From Promethearchaeota archaeon (lineage in GTDB: Archaea > Asgardarchaeota > Lokiarchaeia > Sigyniarchaeales > SOKP01): a DNA stretch of 64,000 nucleotides. The DNA is taken from assembly GCA_030603385.1 (NCBI GenBank), contig JAUVXW010000009.1, forward strand, positions 1-64,000. Direction: 5' to 3'. Numbering within the stretch: the stretch's first letter is position 1; each line of letters begins with the position of its first letter. The notes under the pieces are model-generated. The model was not told where the DNA came from. It did no database searches and was given only the letters and a program-made list of their open reading frames with translations. This document shows positions 19,131-29,604 of this stretch, piece after piece. Both the position numbers and the translations under genes were made by a program.

Positions 19131-19983
19131 AGAATTAAAAAAAATTAAGAAACCAATAATAGAATATGATAAAAGAAAATATATTTTTTCAATACCCTCT
19201 ATTATAATTTTTGCTATCGGGACACCTATTCTGTCCTATTTAGTATTTCTTTTTTTTGATATGAAATTCAATTATTGGCTCCATGAAATTGTTGTCAAAC
19301 AAACGGTCTACTTTTTAAACCTATTTTTTAATATGGGGGCAACTGCTGATCCAGTAGGAAAATATCATTGGGACTTTACTGTTCCTGGAAAATCAAGCAT
19401 CTCTTTTGAAACATTCTGCACTGGCGTCCAGGCAATCGCAGTCTTCGTAGGATTAATTATTTTCACACCGCATAGCCAAGATATAAATACTAAAAGGGAT
19501 ATTATCTGGAGAAAAACCAAATCTCTCGTCATCTCATCTGTAATCTTTTATGTAGTGAACATAATTCGCATGATAATTCAAATTGAGTTATATCACATGG
19601 GTTATCCATGGGAAGACATACATTTCTCAATAAGTGCGGCAAGCTCTTTTATTGCGGCAATCATTGTTCTTTTAATGCATAAGTGGTTGCCAGAATTTAT
19701 AATTTCAATAATATATGTAGGAACACTAGTAAGTGAACCAGTTAAGCAAAATAGAAAGAAAAAGGTTAAGGAAATTGTCAAAAAAACAAGTAAGGTTGAA
19801 TTAAATTTAATAAGAAAGGTTCTAAGGATGGAAAAGAAAACCTATTTAAAAGACATTGTCACATGGTCTGAGGAATATGGATACACAGTAGAAGGGGATT
19901 ATTTGCTTATTCCTGATAATGAAATTTCTAACTTTATTGAATCACTTATGCAAGACAAGCCATTCGCAAAAGAGAGAACTTAA
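19117..19983 (+). CDS. Archaeosortase/exosortase family transpeptidase
   Basis: Multi-TM with Cys-Arg-His triad (ETFCTG, NIIRM, DIHF); ATG at 19117; soluble C-terminal tail. Confidence 0.85.
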   Translation: MLKIKELKKIKKPIIEYDKRKYIFSIPSIIIFAIGTPILSYLVFLFFDMKFNYWLHEIVVKQTVYFLNLFFNMGATADPVGKYHWDFTVPGKSSISFETFCTGVQAIAVFVGLIIFTPHSQDINTKRDIIWRKTKSLVISSVIFYVVNIIRMIIQIELYHMGYPWEDIHFSISAASSFIAAIIVLLMHKWLPEFIISIIYVGTLVSEPVKQNRKKKVKEIVKKTSKVELNLIRKVLRMEKKTYLKDIVTWSEEYGYTVEGDYLLIPDNEISNFIESLMQDKPFAKERT

Positions 19984-20058
19984 ATTAACTTTAATAGAGT
20001 AATTAAGTTGTAATTGTTTATTATTAATCAAATAAATAAAGAAATCCTGTGATGAATT

Positions 20059-20961
20059 ATGTTAAATTTTGAATCTGAGCAAAAGGTAGCCCAAGTTGGT
20101 GAGGTTAGGATTGGTGGACAACCAGGAGAAAATCCAATTGTGATGATTGGCACCGTTTTTTACACCAAACATGCAGCTTTATTAAATGAAAAAACTGGTG
20201 AGATTGATAAACCTCTCGTTGAAAAAGAATTAAATGAATTTACTGAGATTATAGAAGATACTAAAATGCAAGGAATAATCGATGTTGTTGGAGCATATCC
20301 AGATGCACTATTAAAAGAGTGCGAATTTGTGGCAGATTTGGTAGATTATCCTTTTTTAGTTGATGGATTAAACGATTCATCCCGTATTCCCGCTATGGAA
20401 GGGCTGAAGGAAATAGGATTAATCGATAGAGCTATTTTAAATAGTATAGATAATGCTACTAGTGAAGAGAACCTTGAAAAACTAAAAGAAATTGGCGTTA
20501 AAAATGCTGTATTACTGACATTTGGAAGTAGATCTATTTTCCCTCATCAAAAACTAAAATTGTTAAAAGAAACATTAATTCCTAAGGCAGAAAAAGCAAA
20601 TATTGAAAATATAATTATTGATACAGCTGTATTAGATTTGCCTTCAATTTCAATAAATTTTGAAACTAGCCATATGGTTAAAAATGAATTAGGTTTACCT
20701 ACTGGATTTGCTCCTGCAAATGCGATTTATGGATGGAATTTCGTTAAGAAATATGGAGATATTCCGAGATGTGGGGCAATAGCTTCTATTATGACATACT
20801 GTGCTAGTGCACCAAGTGATTTCATATTATTTGGTCCTGTAAAATTCGCAAAATGCATCGTGCCTGCAGTCGCATTAATTTCTGGGGTTAACTCCTATTA
20901 TAGAAAAAGAATACTGCGAAAAAATATATCAGAAAAAACTCCTTTAAATGTGATTTTTTAA
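20059..20961 (+). CDS. mtrH: MtrH-like pterin-dependent methyltransferase
   Basis: IGGQPGENP.VMIGTVFY, NSID, IIDTAV, DFILFGP; no other mtr subunit genes adjacent. Confidence 0.8.
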   Translation: MLNFESEQKVAQVGEVRIGGQPGENPIVMIGTVFYTKHAALLNEKTGEIDKPLVEKELNEFTEIIEDTKMQGIIDVVGAYPDALLKECEFVADLVDYPFLVDGLNDSSRIPAMEGLKEIGLIDRAILNSIDNATSEENLEKLKEIGVKNAVLLTFGSRSIFPHQKLKLLKETLIPKAEKANIENIIIDTAVLDLPSISINFETSHMVKNELGLPTGFAPANAIYGWNFVKKYGDIPRCGAIASIMTYCASAPSDFILFGPVKFAKCIVPAVALISGVNSYYRKRILRKNISEKTPLNVIF

Positions 20962-20979
20962 TTCATTAACTCGTGTCAT

Positions 20980-22485
20980 TTAAGAGATATATCTTAAGAG
21001 TAGATCTTTAGTTTGATCTAGGAAGTCTACTAATTTGGCATTTATTTTTTCTTTTCTTTTTTCATTATCAATCAAAAATAAGATGAACATATCGTTTTCT
21101 GCGACTTGAATCTTTTTAAAAAGTATCACTGAGTCTGCTACTTTAAAGATGGCTTCTTCTTGCTTTAATGCCTTAAATCTAGAGAAGATCTTGAATAACA
21201 TGGCAAATTGAGGAGCAGTGACTTCAAAAACATTAATTAATTCCTCTGATTCAGCTATTTTTGTTAATTTTCTCGCTTTTGGGGAATAGAAATCTGCTAA
21301 AACTAAACCGTCTACACTTAACAATAGTGTTAGATATGCATTAGTTTTTAAAGAGAAATTCTTGAGATTATGATTAATCAGGTTTCTATTAGGGCTTAAT
21401 TTTGAGATTCCTGAGGAGAAGGCTCTTAAAATGGTAAATATTTGAAAAATGCTAGTCACATACATTTCAGGCGGTTCTTCTAGTGAAATTTCAGCCAATC
21501 TATTTTTAACAGTTTCAATATTCTCCATAATTTCTTCAGTTTTTATAATATCAGAATCTCCTTTTGATAAAATATAGATAATCGGGGTATATTGGTTAAA
21601 TTGTTTTAAAACTTTTTTCAAATCTAGAAGATATTCAATACTTTCTTCAAATCTAATTTTATTTCTGATATCAATAAAATAAAACAATAAATCTGCTTCA
21701 TATAAATAAATTTCGGCTTTATTAATGTATTTTTTTCTAAATTTTAATTGTCCTCCGAGGTCCCATGTGAAGATAGTTGCACCTAAAGCCTCTATTGATT
21801 TGATACTAGCACCAGTAGTAGGTTTTAATCCAATTAATTTACTATATTTTCGATCAATGCTTAGAAGAAAACTCGTCTTGCCTGAATCGTCTAATCCAGC
21901 CATTAAAACCTTCAGTTTTCTATGAGAGCTCACTGGAGTTGATGGACTTTTTTCTATATCTGTTAATTCTTTTAATAAATTAAGGAATAGCGATTGAACA
22001 TCCTCTTGTGGAGGATAATTATCAGCTAATTCATTATCAAATGATTTAAAAAAGTCAATAACAATAGGTTTAATTCTGTTTATATTATTATATAAAAAAC
22101 TTCTACTATTTTCATCAACTAATATTGAGAAAGCAGTAGGAATCTGGGAATTAGAAGAATTTGTCTTGATATAATGAAAATAGGTTAAAGATGTCACATT
22201 GAAATCAGGATACGGTAAAATAGCAAAATACATTAAATCTTGAATATTTAAATCTGGTGTAAACGCCCTATCACTAATAAACAAACTAAGATTTTTTATC
22301 GAGATTTGCGTAACATCTCTGGTTGATAAGGTGAGAAGGTTTTGTTTTTTCCTCTCTTCTTTGACATCTGCTAATTCCTTTTCAGTATAATATTTAGGCC
22401 ATACATAAATTGGGGTTGGACCTAAATCTCCGTAACTACTGAAGATTAATCCCTTGATAATTGAAGTTTTAAATAGTTCTTCCAT
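20980..22485 (-). CDS. Longin (NPRL2/FLCN-like) + Rag/Arf-like GTPase + roadblock fusion
   Basis: IKGLIFSSYGDLGPTP; GLDDSGKTS, WDLGGQ, SKGD, TSIF; C-terminal LLLSVDGLVL roadblock-like segment. Confidence 0.8.
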   Translation of the reverse strand: MEELFKTSIIKGLIFSSYGDLGPTPIYVWPKYYTEKELADVKEERKKQNLLTLSTRDVTQISIKNLSLFISDRAFTPDLNIQDLMYFAILPYPDFNVTSLTYFHYIKTNSSNSQIPTAFSILVDENSRSFLYNNINRIKPIVIDFFKSFDNELADNYPPQEDVQSLFLNLLKELTDIEKSPSTPVSSHRKLKVLMAGLDDSGKTSFLLSIDRKYSKLIGLKPTTGASIKSIEALGATIFTWDLGGQLKFRKKYINKAEIYLYEADLLFYFIDIRNKIRFEESIEYLLDLKKVLKQFNQYTPIIYILSKGDSDIIKTEEIMENIETVKNRLAEISLEEPPEMYVTSIFQIFTILRAFSSGISKLSPNRNLINHNLKNFSLKTNAYLTLLLSVDGLVLADFYSPKARKLTKIAESEELINVFEVTAPQFAMLFKIFSRFKALKQEEAIFKVADSVILFKKIQVAENDMFILFLIDNEKRKEKINAKLVDFLDQTKDLLLRYIS

Positions 22486-22579
22486 TGCTTTAAAGTAATT
22501 TTTTTTTCATTTTAAATTTTAAATTTCCTAAAGTAATTAAGAAAAATTAATTATTAATAACTTTATATTAAATTCATAG

Positions 22580-23545
22580 ATGACACTTAAAAAGATAGCT
22601 AACAGCATTAAAAATAATCAATACATTCTAGAAAAGAAACAAATTAGCCCGATAGTTCAATTTATTGACAAAAATTCTTTTAAAAGTGCAAATATATTCA
22701 CAGATATAGGAGAAGATGCTGCTACTATAAAAAATGATGATAAATATATACTAGTTACTACCGATAGAATAAAAACTACTTTTATAGAAAATTTCCCATT
22801 CGGAGCTGGCTTTAGCTCAATCTTAGTTAGTGTAGATGACATTTATGCGTGTGGAGGTATTCCATTAGCAGCAAGTATAATTATATCAGTGAAAGAACCA
22901 GATATCTGCAAAGAATTGCTTGAAGGGATAAGTGAAGGTTCTCAGAAATTTAAGGTTCCAATTATTAGAGGGCATACTAATGTTCATGGAAAGTATTATG
23001 AACTAAGTTCTACAATGATAGGCGAAATTAAAAAGGAAGATTATATTTCTGCGTGCAATGCGCAAGTAGGAGATAATATTATCTTAGCAGTTGATTTTGA
23101 TGGAAAAACAGGTAAAGCAAGCAAATTATTTTATGACACAACCACTTTCAAAAGTTCCGAAGAGGTTTTAAGAAAAAGAAAAGCTATGAATATGATCGCA
23201 CAGAAACATATTGCTAATGCATCAAAAGATATATCTAATGGGGGAATTTTTGGAACATTAATTCAAATGATTAATTATTCGAATGTAGGAGCAGATGTGA
23301 ATATAACTAAAATCAGAATTCCTCCAAAATTAATAGATAATGGATATGATTTAGAAACCTATATTCAAATGTATTTAACTACTTCATTTATATTAACTGC
23401 TCCCGAAGTAAATTGTAAGGAAATAGTAGGAACATTTCAAGAATATGGGTTAAATGCTAATATTATCGGTAACATTATTAAAGATCCAAATCTTCTGAGA
23501 ATAAATAATGGAAAAGAAGAGTCTATTGATGTAATTAGATTTTAA
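22580..23545 (+). CDS. AIR synthase (PurM/ThiL)-fold ATP-binding protein
   Basis: GEDAA, SVDDIYACGG.P, RGHT, KDISNGG. Confidence 0.8.
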   Translation: MTLKKIANSIKNNQYILEKKQISPIVQFIDKNSFKSANIFTDIGEDAATIKNDDKYILVTTDRIKTTFIENFPFGAGFSSILVSVDDIYACGGIPLAASIIISVKEPDICKELLEGISEGSQKFKVPIIRGHTNVHGKYYELSSTMIGEIKKEDYISACNAQVGDNIILAVDFDGKTGKASKLFYDTTTFKSSEEVLRKRKAMNMIAQKHIANASKDISNGGIFGTLIQMINYSNVGADVNITKIRIPPKLIDNGYDLETYIQMYLTTSFILTAPEVNCKEIVGTFQEYGLNANIIGNIIKDPNLLRINNGKEESIDVIRF

Positions 23546-23644
23546 AATTTTTATTTAGAATAATTAATCAGCGATAATCCTGAATTCTTAAGATCCAATC
23601 CAAATATACCAAGAGAAAAGTACAGAAAAAAAGAAGAAATAATT

Positions 23645-24136
23645 ATGATAAATTTGGAAGTTAAAATACCAGATACTCCTGGAAGTTTAATTGAATTAAT
23701 AAGGCCGATATCTAAGTATGGAGGAAATATTTATGGGATACTTCACTTCCATGATAGAAAATTAAATAATATGATTCCTGTAAACATTTCTTTTGAATTG
23801 AGTGAGGAAATTCAGGATGTTAGTTTACAAAATATAAAAAACGAGTTAAAAGAAAAAAATATTCAAATAGAGAACATAAATTATGGGCTTGAAAAGAAAT
23901 TAATCACAATAATTTTAACTGGACATGTTTTTGATACAGATGTGATGGATACAATAAAAAGATTAGCTTCTAAAAACATTAACGTATTAGAATTACAAGC
24001 TAAATTTACAAAATTAGAAGAAGTAAGTAATGTCAAGCTAAGAATTGAATTCCCGGAAGATATGAATAAAAAGGAGCTTATTAATGAACTTAGAAAAATT
24101 TGTGAGGAAAAGAAGTTATTCCTAATTACAAGTTAA
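23645..24136 (+). CDS. Tandem ACT-domain regulator of homoserine dehydrogenase
   Basis: PDTPGSL..LI.PIS..GGNI, GHVFDT; directly upstream of hom. Confidence 0.8.
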   Translation: MINLEVKIPDTPGSLIELIRPISKYGGNIYGILHFHDRKLNNMIPVNISFELSEEIQDVSLQNIKNELKEKNIQIENINYGLEKKLITIILTGHVFDTDVMDTIKRLASKNINVLELQAKFTKLEEVSNVKLRIEFPEDMNKKELINELRKICEEKKLFLITS

Positions 24137-24234
24137 GTGAAATAAATTTATTATGTGTAATGAATCAAATGCTATCAAACCGACTAAATTCTCTTTAAAC
24201 CCAGAATATAATTAAATTGATTCTAATTAAAATT

Positions 24235-25248
24235 ATGAATATCAAAATTTGTTTAATTGGAAAGGGTATTGTTGGGACTAGTTTGCTTCAATTATTAAAT
24301 GAAAAAAAACAATTATTTAAGCAAAAATTTAATTTAAAGATTACAGTGAATTCAATATTTGAAAGTGATGGAGCACTTATTAATGAAAAAGGAATCGATT
24401 TAAAAGAAATTCTAGATGTAGGTGACGATTTTAGAAATTTACCTTATTGGAGAAGAGATGTAAAAGCAATTGATTTAATATCTAAATTAGATGTAGACAT
24501 TTGTATAGAAACAACACCCACAAATCCGAAGACAGGAGAACCTGGTTTGTCTCATATTATTGAAGCCCTAAATAATCATATAGATGTAATTTCTTCAAAT
24601 AAAGGACCATTCTATCTCGAGTATAAAAAGATTAAGAATTTAGCTGAACAGAATAATTGCTATGTAAAATATGAAGCAACTGTAGCAAGTTGTGTTCCTT
24701 CATTAAGGATCAAAGAAGATTTAATTGGGAATGAAATTCTTAGTATTAAAGCGATTCTAAATGGCACTTCGAATTTTATTTTAAGCAGAATGACCGCAGA
24801 AGGAGTTGATTTTCCTTTAGCTTTAAAAGAAGCACAGGAATTGGGATATGCTGAGTCAGATCCTACCTTGGATATTGAAGGTTATGATGCTGCTGGTAAG
24901 TTGGTTATATTAGCAAATGAATTGTTAGGATGGTCAAAACATATAAAGGATGTTAAAGTAGAAGGTATTTCAAAAATAACATCTCATGCAATTGAATTAG
25001 CTAAACCAGATGGTTTTGTTATTAAGCCTTTAGCAATAGCAGAAAATAATGAATTATCTGTTGAACCACGTTTAATTGATAAGTATTCCCCTCTTAATAT
25101 TAGTGGAAATCTAAATGTAGTAGAATTAGAAACTAAATATGCAGGTCCAATAATTTTAATGGGGAGGGGTGCTGGTGGTTTTGAAGCAGCATCAGCTATT
25201 ATAAATGATTTAATAGATATAACAAGAAAAAAAGGTTATTCTCCTTAG
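24235..25248 (+). CDS. hom: Homoserine dehydrogenase
   Basis: GKGIVG, SSNKGP, YEATV, LNGTSNFIL, GYAESDPTLDIEGYDAAGK, GRGAGG. Confidence 0.94.
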   Translation: MNIKICLIGKGIVGTSLLQLLNEKKQLFKQKFNLKITVNSIFESDGALINEKGIDLKEILDVGDDFRNLPYWRRDVKAIDLISKLDVDICIETTPTNPKTGEPGLSHIIEALNNHIDVISSNKGPFYLEYKKIKNLAEQNNCYVKYEATVASCVPSLRIKEDLIGNEILSIKAILNGTSNFILSRMTAEGVDFPLALKEAQELGYAESDPTLDIEGYDAAGKLVILANELLGWSKHIKDVKVEGISKITSHAIELAKPDGFVIKPLAIAENNELSVEPRLIDKYSPLNISGNLNVVELETKYAGPIILMGRGAGGFEAASAIINDLIDITRKKGYSP

Positions 25249-25283
25249 ACTATTTTAAATTAAAGAGAGGAGGATTCAATATT

Positions 25284-25802
25284 ATGAGTTTTAATTACAA
25301 AAATAAGTTTAAAGCGATAATTTCTGTTATTGGGGCAAGCGAAATTGATAAAGAGATAGAAGATAAAACTATAGAAATCGGGAGATTAATCGCAAAAAAC
25401 CATTACGCTGTGGCATGTGGAGGACTTTCTGGTGTAATGGAAGCAATATGTAAAGGTGCTAAAGAAGAAGGGGGTTTTACAATTGGAATTATTCCACATA
25501 CAGAAAAAAGTTTGGCTAATAAATATGTAGATCTTGTAATTCCATGTCCCTTTTCTCAAGCGAGAAACATTGTTGTCGTTCTCACAGGTGATGTATGTTT
25601 AGCCATTAGTGGTAAAGCGGGAACTTTATCTGAGATTTGTTTTGCTTGGATATATGATAAACCTATAGTAGCCTTATCAAGTGTTGAAGGCTGGTCTTCT
25701 AAAATCGCTAATCAAAAATTAGATAATAGAAGAAATGACATGATATATGGCGTAAGTACTCCACTAGAAACAATCAATAAAATTAATGAATTATTAAAAT
25801 AA
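25284..25802 (+). CDS. TIGR00725 / LOG-like Rossmann-fold protein
   Basis: CGGLSGVMEA, ARN, GTLSEI. Confidence 0.85.
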   Translation: MSFNYKNKFKAIISVIGASEIDKEIEDKTIEIGRLIAKNHYAVACGGLSGVMEAICKGAKEEGGFTIGIIPHTEKSLANKYVDLVIPCPFSQARNIVVVLTGDVCLAISGKAGTLSEICFAWIYDKPIVALSSVEGWSSKIANQKLDNRRNDMIYGVSTPLETINKINELLK

Positions 25803-25819
25803 ATTCAGTGGAATAAATT

Positions 25820-27175
25820 ATGATAAAGTTTCACTCAACAAATTACGGAACTCCAGATGTCGACTTTAAAACTGCTGTTCTAAGAGGGCAAGCCTTAGAT
25901 AAAGGTTTATATATGTTAAATAAGATTCCAACTTTAGATCATCGAAAGATATTTAGTTTTAAAGACTTAAGTTTACAAGAAATTGCTTTTGAGATTCTAA
26001 TAGAAATTATTAAAGAACAAATACCAGAAGAGTCATTAAAAAAGATTATACATCGTGCTTTGAATTTTGAAATTGGATTAGAGAAAATTGAACAATATGA
26101 CTATCTTTGCCATCTAAGCAAAGGCCCTACATGTAGCTTCAAAGATTTTGGAGCAAGAGTCTTAGCAAGAATCATGGAGTATTTTCTTTCACTTGAAGAA
26201 AAAGAGATTATTATATTAACAGCAACATCCGGTGACACTGGTGGGGCAGTAGCTCAAGCTATGTATTCTATGTCAAAAATAAAGGTTATTGTACTCTATC
26301 CTAAAGAAGAAATAAGTGACCTTCAAAGAAAGCAGATGACCACTTTAGGTAAAAATGTTATAGCAATAGGAATTAATGGAAAGTTTGATGACTGTCAGAA
26401 AATAATAAAAACAGCTTTTGCAGATAAAGATTTGCAGGATTATAACTTGTCATCAGCAAATTCTATTAACATAGGGCGACTTCTTCCACAACTTATTTAT
26501 TATTTTTGGAGTTATTCACGAATTGCCCAAAATCCAAATGAAAAGGTTATCTACTCAGTACCTTCGGGAAATTTCGGTAATCTTACTGGTGGCCTTATAG
26601 CATCCAAAATGGAACTCTCTGTTGATAAGTTTATTTCAGCTGTGAATGAGAACGACGAGTTTCCAAAGTTTTTAAGTACTGGAATTTATCAACCAATTGT
26701 ACCCTCAAGAAATTGCCTATCTTCTGCCATGAATGTTGGTAATCCTAGCAATTTAGCCCGCATATTTGATTTATATGGAGGTCAAATTGACGAAAATGGA
26801 AATATCCAAAGAAATCCAGATTTGGAAAAATTAAGATCGATTATTACATCCTACTCAATAAGCGATAAATTAACAAAAGAGACAATAGTAGGATTTTATA
26901 ATAAATATGAGAAAATTATTGAACCACATGGTGCTGTTGGATGGGCAGCTCTTCAGATATATCGTACCAAGAATCCTTATCAAAACGATATTAAATCTAT
27001 TACTTTTGAAACCGCTGATCCAGCAAAATTTCCTGATGAAATTATTTCATTAATAAAAAAAAAGCCAAAACTGCCCAGAACATTAGAGATCATTCAAAAT
27101 AAGAAAGAATACCCGAATCCCATCGAGATTAATAAGTATGAAGATTTCAAATTATTTGTCCAAAATAAAATATAA
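25820..27175 (+). CDS. thrC: Threonine synthase (E. coli/yeast-type)
   Basis: GPTCSFKDFG, ATSGDTG, SANSINIGRL, VPSGNFGN, SAMNVGNPSN, PHGA. Confidence 0.93.
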   Translation: MIKFHSTNYGTPDVDFKTAVLRGQALDKGLYMLNKIPTLDHRKIFSFKDLSLQEIAFEILIEIIKEQIPEESLKKIIHRALNFEIGLEKIEQYDYLCHLSKGPTCSFKDFGARVLARIMEYFLSLEEKEIIILTATSGDTGGAVAQAMYSMSKIKVIVLYPKEEISDLQRKQMTTLGKNVIAIGINGKFDDCQKIIKTAFADKDLQDYNLSSANSINIGRLLPQLIYYFWSYSRIAQNPNEKVIYSVPSGNFGNLTGGLIASKMELSVDKFISAVNENDEFPKFLSTGIYQPIVPSRNCLSSAMNVGNPSNLARIFDLYGGQIDENGNIQRNPDLEKLRSIITSYSISDKLTKETIVGFYNKYEKIIEPHGAVGWAALQIYRTKNPYQNDIKSITFETADPAKFPDEIISLIKKKPKLPRTLEIIQNKKEYPNPIEINKYEDFKLFVQNKI

Positions 27176-27265
27176 TGCGTAATTTAAATAAACAATAAGA
27201 TCATAATTTATCTTACAAAAGAATATATATTGATAATTTTATTTTTATATGTGTAAAGGTGAAAT

Positions 27266-28246
27266 TTGACTTTGGAGAAAAATTTAAAACAATCAATAAT
27301 GTATTTGAAAAAAGAAGAACCGGAACAGAAACCGGAGCCTTCGAAGCTATTATTCACAGGTCTTGATGATGCGGGTAAAACCAGCATTATTCTCTCTCTT
27401 CAAAGAGAATTCTCGAAAATTGCCATATTATCTCCAACTAGAGGGGCCCAAAGAAGAATTTTTGATTTTTTAGGAAAGGAAATTTCAGAATGGGATTTAG
27501 GTGGACAAATTAGCTATAGAATCTCGTATTTAAAGAATCCAGGTAAATTTTTCGATGGTACTGAAATTGCTATCTATGTCATCGATATTCAAAATAAACC
27601 TAGAATGCCAGAAGCTATAAGCTATTTTAAGGATGTAGTTGAACAGTTTAATGAATTAGAGATCGAACCTCCAATATACGTATTCCTACATAAATATGAC
27701 CCCGCTTTAAGAAGGGGGGCATTAAATGAAATGGAAAACCTTATAATAGATTTAAAAGAGCAAGTAAAAGGTGCTACTGATTATAAGGAGATATACTTTT
27801 ATGAGACAACTATCTATGACTTTTCAACAATCATATCAGCGATGTCAGAAATCCTTTTAAGCTTATATCCAAAATCAGAACTTATTGAAAAAACAATAAC
27901 CGAGTTTGCCAAAAAAATTGACTCTGAGGGAGTAGTTGTAATTGACGATAACTCGCTTATTATCGGTTCCTATTATAAGAATGATGAAACCAAGCATTTG
28001 CTAAATGCTAGCTGTCCATATTTCCTTACCCTTAATGATAACATTCAATTCACTGGTGTATTGGAAAGTAAATATGAGGATAAAATGATTGTTCAAAGAT
28101 TCGGAAAGAACTTTATATTTAAACAAATTAATTTAAAGAAGGATTCAACTCCATATTATTTACTGCTTCTTAAGAATGATCCTGTTTTCCAAAAAGAAGA
28201 CTTTGAAACTTTTGCTAATATAATTAAAGAAATACTTTATAAGTAG
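27266..28246 (+). CDS. Rag/Arf-like GTPase with C-terminal roadblock-like domain
   Basis: GLDDAGKTS, WDLGGQ, HKYD, ETTIYD (Rag-like G4/G5); about 120-aa C-terminal domain. Confidence 0.83.
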   Translation: MTLEKNLKQSIMYLKKEEPEQKPEPSKLLFTGLDDAGKTSIILSLQREFSKIAILSPTRGAQRRIFDFLGKEISEWDLGGQISYRISYLKNPGKFFDGTEIAIYVIDIQNKPRMPEAISYFKDVVEQFNELEIEPPIYVFLHKYDPALRRGALNEMENLIIDLKEQVKGATDYKEIYFYETTIYDFSTIISAMSEILLSLYPKSELIEKTITEFAKKIDSEGVVVIDDNSLIIGSYYKNDETKHLLNASCPYFLTLNDNIQFTGVLESKYEDKMIVQRFGKNFIFKQINLKKDSTPYYLLLLKNDPVFQKEDFETFANIIKEILYK

Positions 28247-28541
28247 TAAAAATCGCTATTAAAAATATATAGTTCCTAAATTGCTAGTTTCATCAGTACG
28301 ATTAATTTTTAGATAATAAACTCCAAAATTTACATTTTGAGAATATATTATAACGTTACTTTATTGTTGCTAATATTAATAAAATCAGATTTTTATTAAT
28401 AAATTATACAGCAAAAAACTAAAAATCAGCAAATTCATAAATTTACTATAAATATAATAAAGAATCATGCTTAAATTTAATGGGAATTATCACCTATAAT
28501 AATCTTTTAGTAATTCAAATTCATGGAGGGGAGATAAAGCT

Positions 28542-29555
28542 ATTATCATTTGTCAGAATTGTGGTACAACAAATAACGAAGCAAAGAATCGTACATGTAG
28601 AAAATGTGGTGCTTTACTGCCAATTTCTTCCAAATCTACTAGAATTAGAACCAAAAAAAAAAAATCAGAAAAAAAAGTTGAAGAAAAAATCGAGTTGCAG
28701 AAAATTCCAAAAGAAATGGAATTAAATCTTGATGAAATTCCATCAGAAGCCAGTGAATATGTTGATACTGGTTCTATTAATGAAGTTCTAGACGAATCTG
28801 AACAAGAAATAGGAGAAGAAAAAAGCCAAGTTCTACAAGAAATTACACCAAAACCATTTCAGAGTTCGTTACTATCAGTTAAAAAAGACTTTCAACCTAC
28901 CTCTTCTACCTCCATAGATCCCATTTCTGATGCGTTTTCAGAACTTAAAGAATCAATTCTTGAAGAGGAGAAAGAAAAACCAAAACCATCATTAGTTCCT
29001 ATTCCCGCCAAAACATCAGAAGCCGAAGTATCTATTTCAAAACAGAAAAGATTAGAAAAAGATATGACTGAAGTTCTAAGCTTTCTATCAAAAAAGATAT
29101 CTGTGAAGAAATTAGAACCGCCTGTAGCTGAATCTAAAACTAAAAAAGAGCCTGAAAAAAAAATTCCTCCTTCTAGCATGAATGAAATTTTAAATGAATT
29201 AATTAGACTTGATTCTCGAATAGAAGCTTCAGCGATTATCAAAACAGATGGGACAATGTTAGCTTCAGCAATCTCAAGCAGGATATCAGAATCTTTATTT
29301 AGCACGATTGGAATGAATCTTTCAATGATAGGCTCTGATATTCTTCATGGCTTAAGCGCCGGTACACTAAAATCTATAAGTGTAAAAGGAAGTGAAGGTG
29401 TATTAGATTTGGCTCCTATTGATAGAGAATCTCCAAATTTAAAAGATATGATTTTAATTCTATTTTCTCACCCCAAAGTTAAAAGTGGAATTATTTCCGT
29501 TGCTATAAATCTTATAAAGAAACAAATAATATACTATTTGGGTTTAGAAAAATAA
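28542..29555 (+). CDS. Zn-ribbon + acidic linker + roadblock/LC7 domain protein
   Basis: The frame of the 28695 ORF extends upstream through CQNC...CRKC to an ATT at 28542 after GGAGGGGAG; C-terminal IEASAIIKTDGTMLAS roadblock. Confidence 0.78.
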   Translation: MIICQNCGTTNNEAKNRTCRKCGALLPISSKSTRIRTKKKKSEKKVEEKIELQKIPKEMELNLDEIPSEASEYVDTGSINEVLDESEQEIGEEKSQVLQEITPKPFQSSLLSVKKDFQPTSSTSIDPISDAFSELKESILEEEKEKPKPSLVPIPAKTSEAEVSISKQKRLEKDMTEVLSFLSKKISVKKLEPPVAESKTKKEPEKKIPPSSMNEILNELIRLDSRIEASAIIKTDGTMLASAISSRISESLFSTIGMNLSMIGSDILHGLSAGTLKSISVKGSEGVLDLAPIDRESPNLKDMILILFSHPKVKSGIISVAINLIKKQIIYYLGLEK

Positions 29556-29604
29556 CAGTTTTTTCATTTTAAAGACATAAAAGTAGCTAAATTGTTTTAT
29601 ACAT

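Noticed and set aside
20059-20961. MtrH as evidence of methanogenesis
   Set aside because: Stand-alone MtrH homologs are common methyltransferases in non-methanogens; no mtrA-G or mcr here.
28480-28725. 81-aa ORF from the track
   Set aside because: Wrong-frame shadow of the Zn-ribbon N-terminus of the roadblock gene.
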